Shown here: piece by piece, positions 19,621 through 31,700 of the stretch | Layout of the letters: each line of letters opens with the position of its first letter | Numbering within the stretch: position 1 is the first letter of the stretch | Assembly (NCBI GenBank): GCA_964016885.1 | Contig: OZ024751.1 | Coordinates: 30,876,001 to 30,940,000, forward strand | Origin: Eledone cirrhosa | Lineage: Eukaryota | Length of the DNA: 64,000 bases | Direction: 5' to 3' | The notes under the pieces: generated by a model | Database searches by the model: none | What the model was told of the DNA's origin: nothing | Seen by the model: the letters and a program-made list of their open reading frames with translations, nothing else | Position numbers and translations under genes: made by a program

Positions 19621-20392
19621 ATGTAAGTTAAGTTTTTTCCTTGTTAAAGAAATATTGTAAATTTTTCAGAATGACTGTTACCCTCGAATCTGTAGCATTG
19701 AAAACTTCCACCAGCATTCTTTACCCCAAAAGAACATCCCAAATATCGGGGGCGGAGTTGGCCACCCACATGAGCGAACCCTGGGAGTTAGAATGTTCAT
19801 TCTAACACATCTCCCTTGTCATCCTCCGGGGTAACATTTCCTTTCTGTCTTCTACTGGGACCAACAAGGCGGCCTCAACCTTGGCTCCTAGCACTCTGTC
19901 TGGGCCCACTTCACTGGGGTAACTATCTTATGACTGTTATCCTCTGATAAGACTTCCTACTAAATTTTACAGGTGTCTCACCATTCTGTTCAAAGACTCA
20001 TGGCATTTATTCTGCTATTATTGTTCTCATTACATGGAGAGACCAAAACAAGGAATTTTAAGTCAAAATTAGGAATAGCTTAAAATAATTCTATACCTTT
20101 TTTGTTTTATTTCGTTTTTTATTAACCCTTTAGCAGATACATTACTCTATATTTACTATTGTATTTTCACAGTAAAGGCTTTACCTTACAATGTTGAATC
20201 TATGAGATTTTGTTGTTATTTATTTTGAGAACAATATACCTTAATGTAGGTATGAGCAGCCAGTTACAGCCAGTTTGAACAGAAAGAAGTGAGAGAGTTC
20301 TGGCCAGATTAAATGCTAAAGAGTTAAACAAGAGTCCTTAATGCTTTCAGTTATCTTTTATTAAATAAACTGTTTTTCTTCCCCTTTTTTAG

Positions 20393-20570
20393 ATATTTAA
20401 TCTACAGTGAAGGAAGACATCAGCATATATTACACATTTGATATTACTCTTTACTCCATGTCTCAACCAATATTTCTGTTATATCATATCTACCACTATG
20501 GATTATCTTATTTTCTGCACACAAAAACAAAACATTAAAACTTGAATAAAATAATCTCAATATTTATATT
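20393..20570 (+). other. COPE: Probable non-coding terminal exon (3' UTR) of COPE
   Basis: Donor AT|GTAAGT lies 2 nt after the stop codon. Polypyrimidine tract plus AG at 20371-20392. AATAAA at 20545-20550. Confidence 0.55.
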
Positions 20571-21151
20571 TTGACCTGCTTATTATTATTTGTATTATCT
20601 TATGATTTAAGGTGATTAATTGACAGAATCGGTAAAACCTTGGACAAAATTCTTTGTGGTATTTAGTTAAAGCCATTTATGTTTTGAGTTCATAGGGTCG
20701 GACGCCATTCTTTGCACCACACTTACATCCTTTTACGGACTGAGTTCAAATCCCGCCGAGGTTAACTTTGTCTTTCATCCTTACGGGGTCGATAAAATAA
20801 AGTACCAGTAATGCACTGGGTAATTGCTAGCCTTGTGCCTAAAGTAGAAACAATTATTTTGGCAGTATCATTAAATGGTCGGACACCATGCTTTGACGCA
20901 TAGTTACGGCCCTTGCCATTCTGAGTTCAAATCCCGTCAAAGTTAACTTTGCCTTTCATCCTTACGGGATCAATAAAATAAAGTACCAGTAATGCACTGG
21001 GGTAATTGCTGGCCTTGTGCCAAAAGTAGAAACCATTATTATGGCTAAATGGTAAAACTCCAGAGTAACAAGAATCATCACTTAGTATTTAAATATTCAT
21101 TTATTATGGCTATTTCGGTATTCTCACATCCATCAATAATACACGGATATA

Positions 21152-22014
21152 CGAGGTGTGTCAGAAAAGTTCCAGGACTGTTGTCACAAAAGATTTATTT
21201 CAAACCCAAACTTCACACTAAGAGTAATCCCCCTGGAGTATGTAACTGTAATCTTAGCTCTCTGCAGCGATCAAACTTTTTTCTTCATAATTTGATATAC
21301 GTCAAGCAATGAGCACAGAGCAACAAACAAACTTGAAGTTTCTGGTATGGTTGGGGAAAACTCCATCAGAAGCACTGGGATTGCTGCAGCAAGTGTATGG
21401 AGATGAGACGATGTCACGCTCACGTGTTTTTGAGTGGTGCAAGAGGTTTAAAGAAGGACACGAGGACGTGGAAGATGACCCCAGGAGCGGAAGGCCCTCA
21501 ACAACCAGGACTGAGGTCAATGTTGAGAGCGCCAGGCAGATGGTGCGTAGCGATCATCAGCTGACTGAGCTGGGCATGAATCGGAACAGCGTCTGGAAGA
21601 TTCTCACAAGATTTGGACATGCGGAAAGTCTGCGCGAAGATGGTGCCAAAACTGCTGAACGATGACCAGAAGGTTCGACGCATGCAAGTGTGCCAGGACA
21701 TCCTCGAGCGTCTTGAAACCGAACCAGACTTGCTAGGGACAGTCATCACCGGTGATGAGTCATGGATCTTCGAGTACGACCCAGAGGGGACCCGTTTTGA
21801 AGATGTGGACGACATCAAAAAGACTGTGACGATGGAACTGCGGAGGATCCCGGAAGAATCCTTCCAGGAGTGCATGCAAGCGTAGCAGAAAAGGATGGAA
21901 AAGTGCATTAGACTCCAGGGGGATTACTTTGAAGGAGAAAACTCCTAGTGTGAAGTTTGGGTTTGAAATAAATCTTTTGTGACATCAGTCCTGGAACTTT
22001 TCTGACATACCTCG
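21152..22014 (+). mobile_element. Mariner DNA transposon, internally deleted, with long TIRs (about 75 bp)
   Basis: TA|CGAGGTGTGTCAGAAAAGTTCCAGGACTG...CAGTCCTGGAACTTTTCTGACATACCTCG|TA. Frameshifted transposase (EQQTNLKF...DDPRSGRPST; KMVPKLL; ITGDESWIFEYDPE joined directly to GTRFEDVDDIK), so most of the catalytic domain is deleted. Confidence 0.92.
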
Positions 22015-22253
22015 TATATATCATCATCATCGCTCCCCATGCTAACAAGGGTTGAATAGGTCCATACAGACCAAGTCAGTATTGAAGCAGAGCCAGGGAT
22101 CTGTCTCACTCATGTACACTCTCATATATATAAGTTTCAAACAAAATTGAAAATAATTAGTTTATTTTTTAATAATTACTTATAAAATATTAAATGAACA
22201 AAAATATCTTGTACACAAATCAGGCAGAAAATCATGTTCCACCAGCAACTGTA

Positions 22254-25200
22254 TTAGAAATCATTATCACTGTCGTCTTCTTCCTCAATCATTTTGTTTC
22301 GTAATACTGCACTGCCAGGTACATTTTTAGATGGGACTGCTATTTCAATATCTTCATCATCATCAAGATCATCATCATCATCATCATTGTTATCATCAAA
22401 ATCTACATCTGAATCACTACCAGATTCCTGTTGGAAAAAAAAAAAGAAATTAGTTGAATTAGCATTCTATTTCATTTATATGAAACCCATGACAAAAAAC
22501 ACCCAGTTCACCCTGTAAGGTGGTTGTGCAGGTGACACAACAAAAAAAGCAGCCAGTTCACCCTATAAGGGACAAAGATATGGAATATAAGTAATATAGA
22601 GGTAAAATACCATTATAACAAAACTTTTCAATCCCTGGCCACACGCTCGATGTGTTAGGTCGATCTCGTTATAAAGAATTTTTCATTACAACAAATTTCT
22701 TTTTATACCCCGTGAAATACATTATAACGGAATTTCACTGTATATATATATTATTTAAAGTTTTGTTTCACTTACATCTTCTGAATCATCAATAAACATT
22801 GACCCTTGGACATGAGCTTTCCTCTCACTGTGTGCCAAACCACCACTTGCTGCAAAATATAGAAAAAAAAACAAAACATTGGGTTTCTATTGAATTTAAA
22901 TAGATTAATACTATAAAGAGTTGGTGATAGGAAGGACATCCAGTCATAGAAACCATGCTCACACTGTAAAGTGATTGGTAATCCAGACATAAACAACCTG
23001 CCAAACAAAGGGTCAGCAATGTCTAAAATATGACAGCCTCCCTTGTGTTGGTGATATAATAAAATGGACTCAGTAGTGCAAGGGATAGTGTGAATTATGG
23101 GTTTTCTGGTTCATCTGAGTACTCAGTAGGGTACAGGAACATAAGCAAGATGTAAGCTCCCTGTCAAGCCCTTCACTTTGAGTACCAACCTGGTCTACTG
23201 AAATCCATTCCAACCTTATAGTGATGGTGGTAATGATGTATTAAATGTATAGCAGATACTCAACAAAGCTACAAAACAATGATTTGAAATTAACTACACC
23301 CAATCCATTAGCATCTGGAATCATCATCATCATTTTATGTCCGCTTTTCCCTGCTTGCAAGGGTGGGACGGGAACTGATTCTGCCCTTCCTAACACCAAC
23401 CTCGTTTACAGCGAGTGCTGGGTGCTTTTTTTTCCATGGCGCCTACACGTCCACTTTACAGTGTGGGCTGGGTGCTTTTTTTGCCATGGCACCTCCACAA
23501 CCACTTTGCAGTGGAATGAATGATAGGAATCCCAGTCCCTATCATCTCATTTCTACAGCTGAGTAAACTGGAGCAATGTGAAATAAAGTGCCTTGCTCAA
23601 GGAAACAACATCACCCGGTCTGAGAATTGAACTAATAATTTGCAAACCATTTTGATACAGAGCCAAACAGAGTATAATGCTTGGCTCAACAGTCTGATAC
23701 AATACATATAATGGTTTGGAGGTGAGGAGAAAGTTGATTATATTACTCAGTATTCTACTGGTACTTTATTTTAAAAAGACTTGGAAGGATGAAAAGCAAA
23801 GTTGACCTCGGCAGGATTTGAACTTAGAATGTAGAATGTTATATTAAATACTTGCAAACCCACTGCCCTATATCTATAATAAAAGAAGTTTTTATTTCTA
23901 TTTAAAATAACTTACCTTCAGGTCTTGTTCTATTGTGGACAGGTCGAATTGGGCGGTGAATTTGACTATCATCTCCAAATTCAGAACCGCTGTCTAAGAT
24001 ATCTGTAGAATAAAGTAAAGAAATATAATCATTATTCTTTGTTGCTCAGGTCTTTCTTGGCCTTCACTATTGCAGTTTCCCAGCACTTCACCCAACAATC
24101 ATGAAGAAAATGAGTGATACAAGCAGGGTGAGAATGTACCGGGAGCTTGTCACTGATGGTGCAAAGAAAAAGTTTTTAAAAAATTTTTTTTTTAAATCAA
24201 TAAAGAATAGAAGCAACTGGAAGAATACAAAGTGTTAAAACTAGAGAACTGGTTGGCTGTGAACCAAGGGAGAAAACAAAAAGCCAAAAATACAGACCCG
24301 AAGTTTGGCTGAAATCATCATCATCCTCATCTTCATCAAAGATGTTTTTCGGATCTCTTTCTACTTGACGTAATGTCTCAGCTGTCAACTTGAGAGCATA
24401 TTGATTTTCCTAGAGTATCAATAATAACAGATAAAATGCATTATAAACAACAACAGCAACAGCAGCAAAAACAACAAGCATTTTAACCTTTTAACATTTA
24501 CATTCTATATATATATATATGGAGGCATATGGCTTAGTGGTTAGAGCATTGGCCTTGCAATCGAAAGGTTGTGAGTTCAAATCTCGGACCGGGTGATGTG
24601 TTGTTTCCTTGAGCAAGACACTTTATTTCACATTGTTCCAGTTTATTCAGCTGTAGAAATGAAAATGATAGGAACTGGGGTCCCTATCATTCCACTGCAA
24701 AGTGGTCGTGGAGGTGCCGCGACAAAAAAGCACCCAGCACTCACTGTAAATGAGGTTGGTGTTAGGAAGGGCATCCAGCTGTAGAAATGAAGCCAATATC
24801 AGTTCCCGTCCCACCCTTGCAAGCAGGGAAAAGCAGACGTAAAATGATGATGATGATGATGATGATGATATATATATATACTATTGTTTTTTTGTGGTAA
24901 AGGCTTTATCTTACATAATTATCTCACATAATATCGAATCTATGAGATTTTGATGTTATTTATTTTGAGAATAATACCTTAACTTCAGTATGAGCGGCCA
25001 GTTATAGCTGGTTTAAACAGAAAGAGGTGAGAGAATTCTGGCCGGTTTAAATGCTAAAGGTTTAAGGACATTTTCTCTTCAAGTAAGGGCTAGCCTTTGT
25101 AGCTTCTCTATTTTGTCTATCATCAGCATCCACCCTCACCAACCTCCTGGTTTTCATTCCTCTTCCATCATCTTTAGCCATGTCTTTCTCGGTCTACCTC

Positions 25201-28112
25201 TACTTCCTTTCACATTAATTTCCATCACTCTTCTCACCCAGTCACATTCATCCTTCCTCAACACATGACCCAACCATCTCATTCCATCTCTCTTCAAAAC
25301 ATTCATCACTGGCTCTATTCCTCTCACCCAGTCACATCTTTTCTCAACACATGACCCAGTGGTAAGAAAGTCTCAGGGGAGCTGGACAGCAGAAGGTCTT
25401 CAGAGAAGAAATCCTGCCTCCTTCAAACAAGTGTTTTGACCCTTAACTTCTGAAGCACTTTCTGTGGAGAACAAAAAGAACCATAGGTGTAAGGAACTCT
25501 CAGGAGTGCTGGGCAGCAGAAGGTATTCAGAGAAGGACCTCACCACACACACTCAAGCAAGTGTTTCAGCCCTTAACTTCTAAGATATCTTAACTTTTTA
25601 TAGAGATATCTTCTTATAATCAAAGATCAATATGCAGCACTTTTAAAGAATCAAGTAATTCTCAAGTCTCCAGCACAACAAATCACAAACAAAACAATGA
25701 AATATACAAACTTTAACTTTATCTTGTTCCAGTCTACTGTACTCTTCAACTTGTTGTTCAAGGTAAGTGAGGTTACGGAATTTAATAATATAAGCTTCAT
25801 ATAGTTTCTCTAATTCTTGTTCCAGTCGTTCATACTCATCCATGTAAGCAGGTCTTAAAATAAAAACAAGAAAAGCATTTCTTTGTAATACAAGTTTAAC
25901 CCTTTAACATTTACATTACTCTACATACACTATTATATGTTCACGGTAAAGACTTTACCTTACATAATTATCTCACATAGTATTGAATCTATGAGATTTT
26001 GATATTATTTATTTTGAGAACAACACCTTAACATCAAAGTGAGTGGCTGGTTACAGCCGGTTTGAACAGGAAGAGGTGAGAGAATTCTGGCCAGATACAG
26101 ATGGTTTAAATGCTAATGGTTAAACATATTTAGTTTCAGCCTTCTTCATTTTCAAATCCTCCGTTTTCTCTTCTGATATCAATAAAATAGTACCAGTTAC
26201 ACACTGGAGTCAATTCAATTGACTACATTGCATTCTTTATGTTTGTGACTTTGTGCTGCTGGTGGTGGTGGTGGTGACGATGATGGTGGGGTGGGGGTGA
26301 GGGAGATGGTAATGATGGTGATCTATATGCTTCCCTTTCAGCAGTTAACTAAATACAGGTACAAGTAAGTGAACCTTGTTCAGTTTCAACAATGAGTGTC
26401 CCACATTTCACATATGTCACAGAATTCACATCAAAGCAATGGTGTCTATATGAGACAACAGCAGTCATTTCATCGTGTATTTAGGCAGTAAACTTAAATC
26501 TACACATCTCAGTTCATCTATCTACCTGTCAGGAATAGTTCCTCGTCTGTGAACATTATGTCAGAAAGACTAGCAGCCTATCCATGAGGAGATTTATCTC
26601 TCATCCTCACTTCATCCAACTGTCAGAAACAGATGCTCTTCTGTGAACATTATGTCAGATAGACTAGCATCTTATTCAAGGGAAGATTTAACTCTCATCC
26701 AAACAATTTGTCAGATAGACTAGCTCTCTGTTAATTAGGAAAAAGTCCATTTGTATTGTTATTCAATAAAAAAAATCCATATTTGATGATAGGAAGGGCA
26801 TCCAGCTGTAGAAAACCTGCCAAATAAAGTACAGGAGGACTCTTTAGATGTGCCAAAGACATGGCAACTTCTCTAGTGTTGATGACCTACACAATAAACA
26901 ACCACCCTGTACACTCTGTCAAGTATTTGCTGATAGGAAGAGCATCCAGCTGTAGAAAACCTGCCAAATAAAGGGTTGGGAAGACTTTTCAGCTATACCA
27001 TACACATAACTTCCCTAGTGTTGGTACCATAATAAAAGACAATCGGTAGAGTACGGAATCATATATCAGGTCTACAACCAATCTGGAGTATTGACTGGTC
27101 TGTAATGACTAACTCTTGCTAACAGGGGGAAAATGGACGTTAAACAATGATGATGATAAAATATAGCAGAAATAATATGAAGATCCTACCTAACATTCTG
27201 TAATGTCTGTAATCGTTTATGGTTTCTTTCAAGCTCTACTTTCCTCTTCTCAATTTTGTTGTCCAAAGTTAATTCATCAGCAGCAATATTCTCGAGCATA
27301 GCAACAGTCTTTTGGATATCACTCTAAAAAAACAGAAAGAATGTAAATCATGTCGAAGAGACTCACTGAAAAAAAAATAGATAATCATCAAGCTTTCTAG
27401 TATTTCCGTTGTGTCGACAGGACAACGGCTCTAGTGATGGTGCCATGATAAAATGCATCCAGTACCCTTTGTAAAATGGTAGTGCTGGTGCCACAATATA
27501 ATGCACCAAGTACACTCTGTAAAATACGGCAACATATGTAAGCTCAATATACCCTTTCCAGCTTGTCTAAGAGGTCAGTAGTGACTTGGTCTGCAATGAC
27601 CAGTCCGAACCTTGCTAGCAGAGAAAACATATGTTATATGATGATGGTGAGTGTATACACATAGAAACACTACAATTTGAGTTTAAAAAGCCCCCCTCAG
27701 GTGTGTGAAAGGTAAAGATATTAAGTTTATCTAGAAGCAGGTGAAAATGATCCTTAAAAAGTAACTATGATGATGACAGTGGCAACAACAATAGTATCAA
27801 CAAAACAATGGTGATAGTTTAGTACTTATTTTATCGATCTCTTTTTGTCTAACTGCTAGGTTACAACAAAGGGTCCAGCACTCTACAAGTACATTTTATC
27901 CTGGTACCAACACATGCCTTTCACACAGTTGAACAGTCTTCATGACCCTTTGTTTGGCAGGTTTTCTAGATGCCCTTCCTATCACTGATGTATACATATA
28001 TATTAAATATATATTAGTTTATTAATATATCTTGCCCTTTCATTGAGATGCCTACATATTAGAGAGTTAACTTTATAGAATTGTAAATTTTAAAAATATA
28101 TATATGTAAATG

Positions 28113-28143
<31 letters not shown>

Positions 28144-28718
28144 GTAGAATAATCTGTAAATATGTGTATCATTCATTTCATCATTTCATTTTACATCCGC
28201 TTTTCACTGCTTGCAAGGGTGGGACGGGAACTGATTCTGGCTTGATTTCTACAGCTGGATGCCCTTCCTAACACCAACCTCATTTACAGTGAGTGCTGGG
28301 TGCTTTTTTGCCGTGGCACCTCCACGACCACTTTGCAGTGGAATGATAGGGACCCCAGTCCCTATCATCTCATTTCTACAGCTGAGGAAACTGGAGCAAT
28401 GTGAAATAAAGTGTCTTGCTCAAGGAAACAACACATCGCCCGGTCTGAGAATTGAACTCACAACCTTTCGATTGCAAAGCCAATGCTCTAACCACTTTAT
28501 ATATATATATATTAAAACAATGAAATTAAACACAAAAAGGTTAATTCATAACCGTTTTGTGTTTAATTTCATTGTTTTAATATTTCTATTTTTGACTCTG
28601 TACCCAATGAATTATATCGTTGAAAATTTTGTACTTTAAACTTTGCTTCACGACATCTACATACGGATTACATTGAGTTCTTCATAGGTTTAGACCCTAC
28701 CATTGATTGGTAGATTTA

Positions 28719-28791
<73 letters not shown>

Positions 28792-31700
28792 GTGGTTACA
28801 CAACAGTTAATTCACAATTGTTTCACCTTAGCGGATCCTCAGCTTAGGCAATTGCCTTGAGTTTAGGCAATCGCTATTGCATAATCTCTTTAGAATATTT
28901 ATTTGTTCATCAATACATAGTCGACACGACGGATTAACCCTTGCGTAAGACCTGGACTTAGTGATGGCTTTCCATTGAATGGAGTAGTCTATACTTGAGT
29001 CCGTGAGGGAGCATACGTGGTTCGCGAGTTTCGTGGATGAACGTCTGTCCGGGTACCTAAAAGTCGACTGGTGGTTCAGGAAGCGTTCCTTAAATCGGCC
29101 CTCCGCCATACCCACATAGGATTTGACCTCCTGTGGTTGATTTGGTCGGTTGGAAGTGACCACAGCTTCATAAACTACAGTGGGTGTGTTGCATTGCTGT
29201 TGAAGGGGACAAGCTTTGGGCTTACGGCAAGAGCACCCTGGAGGGGTGTTGCTCTTAGGGCTGTTAGTGATGTGGGCCTTCATGTCCTTAGCGCAGGAGT
29301 ATCCTAGTTTTACTTTGTGTCGGTTAAAGATGGAGCGGTATTTATGACCTATGGGAAAGTGTCTATCTAAGAGGGCTAGAAAATGTTTGCCTACATATAT
29401 ATATATATTAATCTGTAATTTTACAAAGTATATATATATATATATATATATACTTTGTAGAGTTACAGATTTATATATATTTCTCACTCCCTCTCTGTCA
29501 CTGTTTTCTTTGGAAGAAATCGGCTATGTTCAGAACTGGAGAGCGATGGCCTCTGCCAGATTTAAATGCCCAAAGGACGTTGTATATCACAGCAGCACTC
29601 TTGCAATACCATCAGCAGTTAAACCTATCAGGACACTGTTTATCCTACCTGTAGTATCTTCATCGAAGCATTTATCCCCTTTTCAACTTCATTGATTTCC
29701 AGTGGTCTAGCAATGACTGTAGATCGACTTTCCTAAAAAATAAACAGAAAGAGATATCAACATTTTAATGTACATTAACCCATTAGCATTTACATTCCTC
29801 TATATTTACTATTATATTTTCACAGTAAAGGCTTTATCTCACATAATATCTCACACAATATCCAATCTAGAAGATTTTTATATTATTTATTTTGAGAACA
29901 ATACCTTAACATTGTTATGAGTGGACAGTTATAGCCAGATTGTGCAGAAAAAGGTGAGAGAATTCTGGCCAGATATGGTCGATTTAAATGCTAAAGGGTT
30001 AAAATAAAATACAATCTCTACTTCACAGAAGTGTAACTGAACTATGTAATAAAAGGTATAATGTTTACTTCACAGAAGTAAGTGTACTTAACTATGTAAT
30101 GGGTTAACTATGTAAAGGCCATTACCAAGATGACAACAGTTCAAATCTCTTCCATAATCCCAACCCCATGGGGCATACATTTAATTGATGTTACCTGTGT
30201 TGTTGGACCTCTGTTGTTTGCTCTTGAAATTAATGTGTAAGTAACTGCTGAACATTCCACAGACATGTGTACCCATAATGTAATTCTCAGGGAGATTCAA
30301 GGTGACACAGTGTGTGATAAGACCAGCCCCTTGAATTAAAGATAAGACTCATTTTTACCAGCTGAGTGGACTGGATGAATGTGAAATAAAGTGTCTTGCA
30401 CAAGGACAAAACACACTGTCTGGTCTGGGAACTGAACTCATAAGCTTATGATCATGAGCCTAGCTATCAAACCGTTATGCCATATGCCTTCAACAATTTT
30501 ATTTGTTATCTACCTTAAAACACAATTTGTAAGAAGGAGAAAAGTCAGTTATGTCACCCCAGTAGGTACTACATCCAGAAGGATGAAAGGCAAAGTTGAC
30601 TATTTGAACTCAGAACATAAAGGGTCGTAATTATATGCTGCAAAGCATGTTGTCCAATCTACCAACCTAATAATAATAATAATGACGTTGCTACTTTTGG
30701 CACAAGGCCAGCAATTACTCCAATGTATTACTGGTGCTTTATTTTATTCATCATCATCGTTTAATATTGATAATTATTGATAATAATAATTGTTTCTTCT
30801 TTTGGCACAAGGCCAGCAATTACCCAGTGTATTACTGGTACTTTATTTTATTGACCCTGTAAGGATGAAAGGCAAAGTTAACCTCGGCGGGATTTGAACT
30901 CAGACCATAAAGGGCATGGCGTCCGACCCTCTACCGATACTGCCAATCCAGCGCCCTATTGATAATAATAATAATAATAATAATGATGATGATTTCTACT
31001 ATAATGATTTATGATTTAGGCACAAAGCCAGCAATTTAAGAGAGGAAAAAGTTGATTAAATCGACCCCAGTGCATTACTGGTGCTTATTTTATCAACCCA
31101 GTAAGGATGAAAGACAAAGCTAACCTTGGCAGGATTTGAGCTCATAACGTAAAGCGCCATAACTCTATGCTGCAAAGCATTGTGTCTGACACTTTACCGA
31201 TACTGCTAATCCACCTCCCTTAGGCGAATTGTGTAAAACGATCAGAGTTCCCATGTCGGGATAATAACAAAAGCAACAACCAAATATTCCCAATGAAATA
31301 CAGATATATAAGAAACACCAGCAACACACCTGTAAATCAGCTTCGTTTGCTAAAAGATCATAAAGTGTAGCTCCTTTTAATGTAATTTCTGAGGCTAGTT
31401 TCCTAGCTTCTTTCAAATCAACAATCTAAAACAGAGACAAGGAAAGTTGTATACAAAACAATTGTAAAACAAACACCCCCACCCACCCACCCAACCCCAC
31501 ACACCCCCACACACACACATTAAATGACACCTACTTTAGATGATATATCAAATGAGATTGGACCACTTTCGTTGCATTCATTATCATCCAAGGAGTTAAA
31601 TTCATTAGTCTTCATAACATTGTACAAAACTGATGTTATTTTCAGTAATTCTTTCACAGCATAGCCATCTGCTTGGTAAAGTTTTTTGCTGTTTAACTTC

